A DNA stretch of 64,000 bases, taken from assembly GCA_022827245.1 (NCBI GenBank), contig JAJDTI010000076.1:13198-77197 (forward strand). Reading direction: 5' to 3'. Below, piece after piece: positions 10,147 through 18,871 of the stretch (its first letter is position 1; each line of letters begins with the position of its first letter). This stretch comes from Pseudomonadales bacterium. Its GTDB lineage: Bacteria > Pseudomonadota > Gammaproteobacteria > Pseudomonadales > Azotimanducaceae. The translations under genes were made by a program, and so were the position numbers. The notes beneath the pieces were generated by a model that worked only from the letters and a program-made list of their open reading frames with translations, did no database searches and was not told the DNA's origin.

Positions 10147-10173
10147 GTCGAGCCCGCTCGCCGCCGAACCACG

Positions 10174-11358
10174 ATGAAGATCCTCATGGTCAACGACCAC
10201 CGGCCCGAGGAGGTGCTCGGCGGCACGGAACGCTACATCCTCGACGTGACCGGGGCCCTCGAGGAGCGGGGCCACGAGGTGCACCTGTTCGCGATGTCCG
10301 ATACGCGATCGGAGAGGACGCCGGTGCGGCAAGTGTTCCACGCCCGCGCCCGGAACCTCCTGGCCCTCTATCTCAAGCGAACGTTTTTCTACCCGGCGCT
10401 CTACCGCGCGTTGCGGGCGTACCTGCGCGAGGTCCGGCCCGATGTCGTCCACCTGCACAACAACTATCGCTGTGCGATCACGGTGAACCTGGCGCTACGC
10501 GGCCACCGGGTCGTCCAGACCGTCCACGACTACACGGCGCTGTATCCGACCGCCTCCTGTGCGAAGGAGCACTCCTGCGCGGGCCGCTCGCCCCTCGTCG
10601 CCATCCGGCACGGGTGCCTGAACTGGAAGGTATTCCTGGCGGCGGGCTGGCTACTGTACAACCGGCGCTTCCTGGACCGGCGCATCGTGGACCGTTTCAT
10701 CGCCCCGAGCCAGGATCTCGTGGAACACCTCCAGCAGCGGGGCTACAGCAACGTACACCATCTGCCCAACTTCACGTCCGTGGCCGTTCGGCCCGAGCGG
10801 CCATTGCCGGACAAGCCCGTCGTCCTGTACGTCGGGAGCCTGATTCCACACAAGGGGGTGGACGTGCTGTTGCGGGCGTTCGCGCAGGTCAGCCCCGAAC
10901 TCGATGACGCCGCCCTGTGGCTGGTCGGGTCCGGGCCGGACGAAGACCGTCTGCGGGCGCTTGCGGGCGAGCTCGGCCTTTCCGGCGTCCGCTTTCTCGG
11001 TCGGCAGGATCACGACGCGCTCGGACGCTTCTACGACGCGGCACGGGTCGTGGTCATCCCGAGTCTCTGGCTCGAGAACGCTCCGTTGGTCGCGTACGAA
11101 GCCATGGCGCATCGGCGGCCGATCGTGGCGAGCGGCGTCGGAGGGCTCGCCGAGCTCGTACGGGATGGGGAGAACGGCTATCTCTCCGCCAGGGGCGATG
11201 CATGCGCCTTGCGAGCCAGACTTCTCCCGATTCTGAAGGACGCGGATCTCGCGCGGGACATGGGATCCCGGGCGGTCGGACAACTCAGGACGCTGGGCGA
11301 CGGGGACCGGCACGTCGAGGCCCTGCTCGAGAGGTACCGACTGTCCACGTCGCACTGA
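10174..11358 (+). CDS. Glycosyltransferase family 4
   Basis: 394 aa. 'PSLWLENAPLVAYEAMAHRRPIVASGVGGLAELV' (E-x7-E). The N-terminus is typical of GT4. Confidence 0.8.
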   Translation: MKILMVNDHRPEEVLGGTERYILDVTGALEERGHEVHLFAMSDTRSERTPVRQVFHARARNLLALYLKRTFFYPALYRALRAYLREVRPDVVHLHNNYRCAITVNLALRGHRVVQTVHDYTALYPTASCAKEHSCAGRSPLVAIRHGCLNWKVFLAAGWLLYNRRFLDRRIVDRFIAPSQDLVEHLQQRGYSNVHHLPNFTSVAVRPERPLPDKPVVLYVGSLIPHKGVDVLLRAFAQVSPELDDAALWLVGSGPDEDRLRALAGELGLSGVRFLGRQDHDALGRFYDAARVVVIPSLWLENAPLVAYEAMAHRRPIVASGVGGLAELVRDGENGYLSARGDACALRARLLPILKDADLARDMGSRAVGQLRTLGDGDRHVEALLERYRLSTSH

Positions 11359-11513
11359 TTCCCGGACTCCGCGACGGTCCGCTTCGGTCATTCACCGCAA
11401 GGCGAACTGATAGAATCCACGCGGCGAGGCAGCCGGGAATCCGGCCTGACTTGTCCCCTATCCGACACGCCGTTGAAGCGACGCCAGGCACCAACGGACC
11501 AGCGAGACACAGC

Positions 11514-12284
11514 ATGCTCCTGATCGACCCCTACCTGTGGCGATACGCCGCGTATCGGGCCTATCTCAACCTGATCGGCGAGGCGTCGCGCTATTACCTG
11601 GGTTGGCTGTGGTGGTTCCTCGAACCCATCGCCATGACCGCCGTTTTCTACTTTGTCTTCACCTATCTGCGGGGACCCAGGGCCGAGCACTTCCCCTACT
11701 TCCTGATCATCGGGGTGACCACATGGCTTTGGTTCAACAATGCCGTGGCGAACTCGACGGACAGTCTCATGGTGGCAAGGAGCATGATCGCCCAGATGCG
11801 GCTGCCGAAGCTGATGTTTCCCCTGACCGTTGTCATTTCCGCTTCCCTGAAACACGCGTTCGTCTTCTCCATCGTCCTCGTGGTCTCGGGACTCGTGCTC
11901 GGGGCCTCCGTCGCATGGGTGTACCTGCCCGTCCTGGTCGCCACGCAACTCCTGCTGATCCTGGCGGTCGGTTCCGCCGTCGCCCTGTGTTGCTGCTGGA
12001 TCCGCGACCTGCGCCTGATCGTGAGGTCGGGGCTGACCTTGCTGATGTTCTGCTCGGGCATCTTCTTTCCTATCGACATGATGCCCCCCGCCTTTCAGGA
12101 CGTGCTCCGACTCAATCCCATGGCGGTCCTCATAGAGGACTTCCGGACAGTGTTGTTGGGCGGGGTGGCGCCGGACCTCTCGAGATGCGCTGTCGTCGCC
12201 GGGCTGAGCATGCTCTTCCTGTACGCCATGAAGTGGGCTTACACGCGTTTCGACCTGACACTGACGCGACGGGTGATTGCCTGA
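11514..12284 (+). CDS. wzm: O-polysaccharide ABC-2 type exporter, permease
   Basis: ATG at 11514 inside track ORF 10917..12284. 256 aa with about 6 TM segments and an ABC-2 pattern. Immediately followed by the ATPase gene. Confidence 0.85.
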   Translation: MLLIDPYLWRYAAYRAYLNLIGEASRYYLGWLWWFLEPIAMTAVFYFVFTYLRGPRAEHFPYFLIIGVTTWLWFNNAVANSTDSLMVARSMIAQMRLPKLMFPLTVVISASLKHAFVFSIVLVVSGLVLGASVAWVYLPVLVATQLLLILAVGSAVALCCCWIRDLRLIVRSGLTLLMFCSGIFFPIDMMPPAFQDVLRLNPMAVLIEDFRTVLLGGVAPDLSRCAVVAGLSMLFLYAMKWAYTRFDLTLTRRVIA

Positions 12285-12961
12285 TGCGACTCCGGGGCGT
12301 CTCGGTCGTGTACAGCGACTATGGCTTTCTCTCGAACAAAAGGGGCGTCATTGCGTTGACGGACGTGTCGCTGGATGTGCACCGCGGAGACAAGCTCGGG
12401 ATCATCGGCCGCAACGGTGCGGGCAAGTCCACCCTGATGCGGGTGATGGCCGGCGTGCTGAGCCCAAACCGCGGGACGGTCGACTACGAGGGCATGTCAA
12501 GCGCGCTCCTGTCCCTGAACGCCGGCTTCGACGCCGACCTGTCGGGCGTACACAACGTCGTGATGCACGGCATGCTCATGGGGTTGTCGCGGAAGGAAGC
12601 CGCGACACGTGTCGATGCCGTCGTCGAGATGTCCGAACTCGGCGACGCCATCCATCGGCGCGTGTCCACCTATTCCTCGGGAATGCGGGCGCGTCTCTGC
12701 TTCTCGACCGCCATCAACCTCGACCCGGACGTGCTGCTCCTCGACGAGGTGTTCAGCGTGGGCGACGGCGAGTTCCGCGAGAAGTCCCGCCGCATCATGC
12801 TCGACCGCTTCGCGGCCGGGAAGGCCATCGTGCTCGTAACGCACGGCGTCCAGATGATCAGGCGCGTCTGCAACCGCGCAATCTGGCTGGACGACGGCAG
12901 GATACGGGCGCAGGGGCAGGTAGAGGACGTTGTGGCCGCGTATCAGAGGTCAGCGTCGTAG
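12284..12961 (+). CDS. wzt: O-polysaccharide ABC exporter ATP-binding protein; NBD only, no C-terminal carbohydrate-binding module
   Basis: ATG at 12284 overlaps the wzm TGA. 225 aa with Walker A 'GRNGAGKSTL', signature 'YSSGMRARL' and Walker B 'LLLDE'. The protein ends about 20 aa after the H-loop region. Confidence 0.88.
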   Translation: MRLRGVSVVYSDYGFLSNKRGVIALTDVSLDVHRGDKLGIIGRNGAGKSTLMRVMAGVLSPNRGTVDYEGMSSALLSLNAGFDADLSGVHNVVMHGMLMGLSRKEAATRVDAVVEMSELGDAIHRRVSTYSSGMRARLCFSTAINLDPDVLLLDEVFSVGDGEFREKSRRIMLDRFAAGKAIVLVTHGVQMIRRVCNRAIWLDDGRIRAQGQVEDVVAAYQRSAS

Positions 12962-13079
12962 CGTTGCCGGCGTCGCGGCGGCGACAGGCCAACTGCCTAA
13001 GCCGATCTTTGGACCTACGCCGCCCGCTTTCCGAAGCGGGCAGGTGGCGCGCTGTCCACAGACCACGAACCGGACAACG

Positions 13080-13830
13080 GAATCTTGAGGGAGAGCATCA
13101 CGTCGCCTCGTTTTGCCACGGCCAACTCTAAACGCCACCGCGCTGAGGTAGCCCAGTGCCGAGTGACCGCGTTTGCGGTGCTAGAGCGCCTCGATGAGGT
13201 CGAACACCGCCAAGCCCGACGCGGCACGCGGGAAACGCGCCGCGCTACCTCAAATCGCCTTCGAGTGTCGCGAAGAAGCTCTCGCATCGCGCGTTGTCAT
13301 CGCAGTCGCCTTCGCCGCCCATCGACAGCGTCATGGCGGCCCCAGCAGCGCTTGCCGAACGCGATCGAAGTGTATCGGGCGCCGTGAGCCGAGTGATGGA
13401 TGATGCCCCGCGCATCGTGCTGGCCCAGGCGCCATGTCCAGCGCTTCGAGGAGCGGGCCGCCGACCACCCGCGACCCCATCGACCGGCCCACCATGGGCC
13501 GTGAGTACACGTCGATCACCACGGCCAGAAACAGGCACCCTGCCAAAGCCGGAGCGTACGTCGCGCAGCAGGGGCCTGCGTCGCGAGTCCCGACATCTGT
13601 CCGAATGCCGCGTCGGCCTTCGCCACAAGTTGCCTCACCGGCGCCTTGGGCGACACCCGCGCGTCCGCCGCGACGGACCCGGCAACTGACCGCATGGTCC
13701 ACATCCCTTTGGTCCGAAGCGTCACGATCATCTCCTGGTCGTCTCGACACGCCGACTTCATGCCCACTTTCCTCCGGCGCCGCACTTCGAGTCCAGGCTC
13801 AGCGCGTTTGGACAAGGGCTTTGTGCTGTC
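13080..13830 (-). mobile_element. IS3-family transposase (OrfB/rve) remnant; multiple frameshifts and an internal stop; orfA largely missing
   Basis: Pieces of an rve integrase are spread over three minus-strand frames: 'LFLAVVIDVYSRPMVG(R)SMG', 'LSMGGEGDCDDNARCESFFATLEGDL', 'AVFDLIEAL*HRKRGHSALGYLSAVAF'. Boundaries are approximate. Confidence 0.7.
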
Positions 13831-13848
13831 CCGGCGATGCCAGTGCTT

Positions 13849-13857
13849 GCTAGAATA
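13849..13857 (+). promoter_or_regulatory. Possible extended -10 box TGCTAGAAT upstream of the methyltransferase/LicD pair
   Basis: TGnTAnnAT pattern read directly, about 190 bp upstream of the GTG at 14045, at the junction between the IS scar and the lower-GC block. No -35 element was assessed. Confidence 0.25.
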
Positions 13858-14044
13858 GTCGGCTCAAGGTCGCCTCCCACGCGAGCATGGCGTTGGGGCC
13901 GGGTGGAGCGCGGGGCGGTGTTCAAAGCCTCAGAGTTGATCCCTGCGGGGCGCACGATAGTTGTCCCCGGAGATGCGAGCAGCCGGCCCTGCAGCGGACA
14001 TGAGAGGCGTTCGTCCCATTTGGTGAGCAGTCGTTGGTACATCT

Positions 14045-14707
14045 GTGACCGAACAAATAAGCAAGTACTGGTCGCAATTCTATTCCGACCCCCATACGCT
14101 GCGTCCGACTCCGTTCGCGCGTTGCGTGGCTAAGGAGTTGACGGCGCCCACGCAGGTTGTGGACATTGGGTGTGGGAACGGGCGCGACTCACTATTCTTC
14201 GCTGGTCTGGGCCATCATGTGCTCGGCCTCGACGCGGCTGGTACAGCGATTGCCAGAAACCGCGAGGTTGCGCGCCAACGGGGCGTCGAAGGCGTCGCGT
14301 TCCAAGAGGTGGACCTCGGCGTCGGCGGCGGCTTCCACACCATCTTGAACCGCTTGTTGACTGGACCGGATGGCGTCGGCACCAAATCGCTCGCCGTTTA
14401 CGGTCGCTTTCTCCTGCATGCCGTCACCGAAGACGAAGAGGACACCGTACTTGCTGCTTTAGCGGCTAGTCTGCGGACCGGGGATCGCTGTTTTCTCGAA
14501 TTTCGGACGGACAAGGACCTTTCCTTGCGCAAACAGTTCCGCAGCCACTATCGTCGGTTCGTCAAACTCGACGAGTTTCTGGACAAGGTCCGCAGCGCGG
14601 GAGCACTCGATTGCCTCTATGCCGAGGAAGGCCAGGGCATGGCGAGATATGGAGACGAAGACCCCTTCGTTGCACGGGTCCACCTGGCGCCATTTCCGAA
14701 GCAGTGA
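14045..14707 (+). CDS. Class I SAM-dependent methyltransferase
   Basis: 220 aa, GTG start. Motif I 'VVDIGCGNGRDSLFFA' and post-I 'VLGLD'. Confidence 0.8.
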   Translation: MTEQISKYWSQFYSDPHTLRPTPFARCVAKELTAPTQVVDIGCGNGRDSLFFAGLGHHVLGLDAAGTAIARNREVARQRGVEGVAFQEVDLGVGGGFHTILNRLLTGPDGVGTKSLAVYGRFLLHAVTEDEEDTVLAALAASLRTGDRCFLEFRTDKDLSLRKQFRSHYRRFVKLDEFLDKVRSAGALDCLYAEEGQGMARYGDEDPFVARVHLAPFPKQ

Positions 14708-14770
14708 TCTGCTTTGGTGCGTCTGATCAGCGTAACGCCTCGGAAGATCTGGCCGACGGAGCAGCGACGC

Positions 14771-15718
14771 ATGACGATACTTGGTTTTGTGGAGAGTGTG
14801 TCCGCTAACGCGATCAAGGGTTGGTGCATCGACAGCTCGCACGACGGCGTGGTGGACGTTGAGTTGAGAGTCGGCGCCGTCTCCCTCGGACGCGTACATG
14901 CGGATCTCTATCGGCGAGACCTGCATGAGAAATGGGGCCGAACCGCCGGCGGATTTAGGTTTCCGATTTCCCCACGCCTCCTCTCTCTTCTCCCCCACAA
15001 GGAAAGCGTAGGGGCCTATGTTGACGGAAATCCCCTACGCTTTACGGTCAAGTGTGCTACTCACATCGAGAACCCTGAGGCCGCTGAGGCGGGCAAGCTC
15101 GCGCAACTGCTCGAGGACGGCTATGTCATCAGTCCCAAGTCCGGCGGCATCCATCGTCCGATTGGGGAACGATTGAGCCCGGGGCGTATATTCGACGCTA
15201 TCGCTCGGACCAACTCCCTGTTCGAGAGGCTATTCGCGAAGAACCTGTTCATCTGTTACGGGACGCTTCTCGGTTGTGTTCGGAGCGATGATTTCATTGC
15301 TCATGACGATGACGTCGACGTGTGTTTCCTGTCGGACGCGCGTAATGTCAACGCAGCCGCCGAGGAGTTCTCTGACATCATTAACGTCTTGCGAGCCGAG
15401 GGCGAGAAGGTCCAGTGGCCTGGCGGTGCGCACTTCCACTGGAACATGCTCGATGTGTTTATCGCCTGGTTCGAGGATGGCGTGCTCTACCTTTACAACG
15501 CTGGTGGAGAGTGCGAAGAGCGGGTCGTGCTACCGTTGCGACTTCGACGTTTCAAAGGGCGAGACGTCCTTGTCCCAAACCACCCGGAACAGTTCTTGGA
15601 GCTGATTTATGGGGCCAACTGGCGAACCCCGGACCCAATGTTCCAATGGCGGGTTGAGCCCGAGATACGACAGAACTTGCGACGCTTCTCGGACCGATTG
15701 TCTCAACTGTTGGAGTGA
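14771..15718 (+). CDS. LicD-family phosphotransferase (nucleotidyltransferase fold) with an N-terminal extra domain
   Basis: 'ICYGTLLGCVRSDDFIAHDDDVDVCF' matches the LicD/fukutin motif. ATG at 14771 is preceded by GGAG; the track ORF begins at an upstream TTG (14714). The transferred group cannot be inferred. Confidence 0.7.
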   Translation: MTILGFVESVSANAIKGWCIDSSHDGVVDVELRVGAVSLGRVHADLYRRDLHEKWGRTAGGFRFPISPRLLSLLPHKESVGAYVDGNPLRFTVKCATHIENPEAAEAGKLAQLLEDGYVISPKSGGIHRPIGERLSPGRIFDAIARTNSLFERLFAKNLFICYGTLLGCVRSDDFIAHDDDVDVCFLSDARNVNAAAEEFSDIINVLRAEGEKVQWPGGAHFHWNMLDVFIAWFEDGVLYLYNAGGECEERVVLPLRLRRFKGRDVLVPNHPEQFLELIYGANWRTPDPMFQWRVEPEIRQNLRRFSDRLSQLLE

Positions 15719-15759
15719 GCGTTGCTGCCCGTGACACCAAGACGACCCTCGCGTTCCCC

Positions 15760-16755
15760 TCAACGGTCGAGACCCAAGTGCCGGCGAATCTCCCGAACCT
15801 GCTCATGCAGCTTGAAGACCTGAAGTTGTAGTACGTGGCGCTCGAAGTTATCCTGGCTGGCGGGTGACTGTGGGCTGGAGGTGCGTTTCGGGGGGAACAA
15901 CGGGCGCTTGACGCCCGGAAGGTACTTTCGACGAAAGCGCTCGTTACGTTGAGCATAAACGGACATGATGGCCTGGGCTTCTTCGTCCGAGAACAAAGAG
16001 GGGCCGTCCGAATCCTTGACGACCAGTTCGTGGGCCAGTTCGCGAACGCTTCGGTAGAAAGACTGATCGTGCGGTCCATCGAATAGGTGAGGGTTACCCT
16101 CGACCATCCGGCTGAGCATCGCATTCAGGCCCGGGTTGCGTTCACCGGGCAGCTCCAGCTCCTTCGGGTCCTGGCCGAGTACTTCACAGAAATCCGGAAA
16201 CACATCCCCACCGGCGAGGAGCTTGCGATCGTAGACGCGTGCGACGATCCGCTCCTCTCCGAACATGTTGGCCCAAGGCTCGATCACGCGCCACCAGTTC
16301 CCGCGAACACCAACGTTCCTGACCGCCCACGCAAGGAGGGAACCGCCGTGCTTGATGTCCCACTGCTGCCAGGACGACTCGAGGAGTTCGTCCTGTCGCC
16401 GAACATATAGGAGTATCCTGACGTGGAATCGGTCCTTCAGGTTCCCGAAGACCTCTTCAAAGCCATTCGGATTGGAGAGGTTTTCCGCTGACACAACCAC
16501 CGTGGACGCCTTAACGGCGTCCGCGGCGCCCTCGAGCAGGTCACCAAGTTCTGGAATCGGTTTCGCCCGACGTTCCTCGATACGGGCTTCGAAAAAGGGG
16601 CCGTGCGATCCGGTCACTTCGGAACGCGGCGTGAGATCAACTCCGGGAACCGCCACTCCTTTCAGGGCGAGTTCCCTGTGGTTCAGCCGCAGACCCATCT
16701 GGATCGCGGAACTGCCGCCTTTGGCACACCCGATGTGGACCAGGAGATCTTTCAC
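15760..16755 (-). CDS. Sulfotransferase-fold protein (putative)
   Basis: 331 aa, GTG start preceded by GAGGG. N-terminal 'LLVHIGCAKGGSSAIQ' resembles a 5'-PSB loop and 'ILLYVRRQDELLESSW' resembles the 3'-PB motif. This is weaker than the domain in 20640..24035. Confidence 0.45.
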   Translation of the reverse strand: MKDLLVHIGCAKGGSSAIQMGLRLNHRELALKGVAVPGVDLTPRSEVTGSHGPFFEARIEERRAKPIPELGDLLEGAADAVKASTVVVSAENLSNPNGFEEVFGNLKDRFHVRILLYVRRQDELLESSWQQWDIKHGGSLLAWAVRNVGVRGNWWRVIEPWANMFGEERIVARVYDRKLLAGGDVFPDFCEVLGQDPKELELPGERNPGLNAMLSRMVEGNPHLFDGPHDQSFYRSVRELAHELVVKDSDGPSLFSDEEAQAIMSVYAQRNERFRRKYLPGVKRPLFPPKRTSSPQSPASQDNFERHVLQLQVFKLHEQVREIRRHLGLDR

Positions 16756-16949
16756 GCAATCGCCCTCGGCGAGACTCCACCGCCATCGTCAACCGGACCC
16801 TTTGACGTTGCCGACATCCAAGCTCCAGGGCACTCCCCTCGGAAGTAGGGTCCGATGCCCCAATCGAGAAAAATACCAGAACGGCAGGTCGACACCAAGT
16901 CCATGTGTTGGGAGCCGCGAACGCTTCGAAGGGAGGCTCCGGGCTCCGT

Positions 16950-17822
16950 CTACGCCAGACTCGTCGTAGACAAGTACTCGCTCAATCCGGCTTGCCAGGA
17001 CCTGGGGGCGCCAAACCTAACGGCGAGCTTACGTGTACTCAACACGCTGTATCGTGGCCTCATCGCCCGCGCCTGATAATCCTCGCTGCTACAGGGCGTC
17101 ACACGAGCCTCCACACCTGCCTGGGCAAGAATCTCGCGCGCGAACTCGTACCAAGTAGCACAACCATCATTTACAGCATGGTATGTCCCAACTTCACAAC
17201 GCTCCGACACCATTCGGAGCAACACTCGGGCGACATCGACGGTAGCCGTTGGCGACATCACCTGGTCATCGACCACCCTTACGTGCCCACGCTCTCGAGC
17301 CAAGCGCACTATCGTCTCCACGAAGTTACCGCCCTTCCCGCGTGCACCTCTCGCTCCGAACAGCGAGGCCACTCGAACCACCACGACGTCTCCGCAAGCG
17401 AGAGGCGCCAACGCTTCGCCCAACGCCTTGGATGCGCCATACACGTTGACCGGCGCAATCGGGTCGCCCTCCTGAAGGGGAGTGTTCCGGGCGCAGTCTC
17501 CGCCGAAAACGTAGTCGGTACTGATGTGTATGAAGCGCGCACCCTGGCGTTCACACGCCCGCGCCATTCGCTCAACCGCGTGCGCATTCACCAAGAATGC
17601 CAGTCCGGCGTTGTCCTCCACTTCGTCGGTCTTGTGATAGCCCGTGCAGTTGACCAGCACGTCAAAGCTCCTCTCGGCCAGCTGCTCCTCCAGCGCCGGC
17701 GTCGAGACGTCGAGGCGGTCCCGGCCCACGGGGACCAGGTCGAACGGCCCACCCGCATCGGCGTGCGCCTTGCGGAAGTCGTGTCCGAGCTGCCCATCGG
17801 GACCCAGGAGAAGGACTTTCAT
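16950..17822 (-). CDS. rfbD: dTDP-4-dehydrorhamnose reductase (RmlD family)
   Basis: ATG at 17822 inside track ORF 16950..18083 (MKVLLLGPDGQLG...). Has 'STDYVFGG' and 'NVYGASKALGE' (YxxxK). ATGA overlap with the upstream SDR gene. 290 aa. Confidence 0.8.
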   Translation of the reverse strand: MKVLLLGPDGQLGHDFRKAHADAGGPFDLVPVGRDRLDVSTPALEEQLAERSFDVLVNCTGYHKTDEVEDNAGLAFLVNAHAVERMARACERQGARFIHISTDYVFGGDCARNTPLQEGDPIAPVNVYGASKALGEALAPLACGDVVVVRVASLFGARGARGKGGNFVETIVRLARERGHVRVVDDQVMSPTATVDVARVLLRMVSERCEVGTYHAVNDGCATWYEFAREILAQAGVEARVTPCSSEDYQARAMRPRYSVLSTRKLAVRFGAPRSWQAGLSEYLSTTSLA

Positions 17823-18841
17823 ATCTCCACTATTCCCCCGTACATTTCCACGTCCCGAATCACCCTGTGCCAACGCACAAGTTCCTTGTACCAGTCGAGC
17901 GTGATGGTCTCCGGGGTGCGAGCCACGGTACCTCCCTGCAGCGCCTCGCAGACCTCCGCCACACCATCGGCCGCAGTCCACTCGGTACGGTAGCCAAGCG
18001 CCTCGATCTTGTCGAACGACACCCGGTAGCTCCGTTCGTCCGGATCGCCGTACCAGTCGATCATCACCTCCTTGGGTACGCACGAAGCCACAAGGTCCCC
18101 CAGCGGACCGATCTGCCAGGTATCGGCGATCGACCCGACATTGAATATCTCTCCGTTCACCTCCCGCGGGTCCGTCTCAAGCACGCGGATCTGCGCCCGC
18201 GCAGTGTCGCGGACATGGATCATCGGCCGCCACTGTGTCCCGTCGCGCATCAGAGGCAGCTTCCCCGTCCTCCATGCCCCGTAGGTCATACCGTTGATCG
18301 CGAGGTCGAAGCGCATGCGCGGGGAGAGTCCGAACACCGTAGCCTGGCGCAGGACGACCACGCAGAAGGTCTCGTCCGCGAGACCGAGCACGCCACGTTC
18401 CGCCAACTCGTTGGCGCGGGCGTAGGTCGTCAACGGCCTCGGTGGAGCCGTTTCGTCCGCCACGACGCCAGGTTCCTGAAACCCGTAGATGCTGCACGAC
18501 GAAGGTAGGACATAGCGCGCTACTCCCGCACTCTTGGCCAATCGCGCGCAACGGACCCGACTCTTGTGGTTGATGGCCATCGTCGCTTGCTGGAAGAACT
18601 CTCCAGACGGATCGTTCGATATGGCCACGAGATCGACGACCGCATTCACGCCGTCGAAGTGCGTTGGCTCCAACCTGCGACTGTCCTCGACCACGACCTC
18701 AAGCCGAGGATGCGGCGCAAGCAAACCCCGGCCAAAGAAGAAGCGGTCAACCGCGCGGACCTCATACCCCGCATCAAGCAGCATTGGGGTCAGAACCGTG
18801 CCGATGTATCCCCCAGCCCCAGTGACCAGAACCTTCATCAC
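17819..18841 (-). CDS. Extended SDR (NAD-dependent epimerase/dehydratase family), atypical; not a canonical RmlB
   Basis: 'VLVTGAGGYIGTVL' Rossmann motif and 'SSCSIYG'. The expected YxxxK reads 'YARAN'. 340 aa. Confidence 0.7.
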   Translation of the reverse strand: MMKVLVTGAGGYIGTVLTPMLLDAGYEVRAVDRFFFGRGLLAPHPRLEVVVEDSRRLEPTHFDGVNAVVDLVAISNDPSGEFFQQATMAINHKSRVRCARLAKSAGVARYVLPSSCSIYGFQEPGVVADETAPPRPLTTYARANELAERGVLGLADETFCVVVLRQATVFGLSPRMRFDLAINGMTYGAWRTGKLPLMRDGTQWRPMIHVRDTARAQIRVLETDPREVNGEIFNVGSIADTWQIGPLGDLVASCVPKEVMIDWYGDPDERSYRVSFDKIEALGYRTEWTAADGVAEVCEALQGGTVARTPETITLDWYKELVRWHRVIRDVEMYGGIVEI

Positions 18842-18871
18842 GAGGCATTCCTCCGCCGCGACATGTCCGCT

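Noticed and set aside
13015-13815. Individual ORFs in the IS region treated as an intact transposase
   Set aside because: The rve motifs are distributed over three frames with at least one internal stop and no orfA. It is therefore called a remnant, not an active IS.
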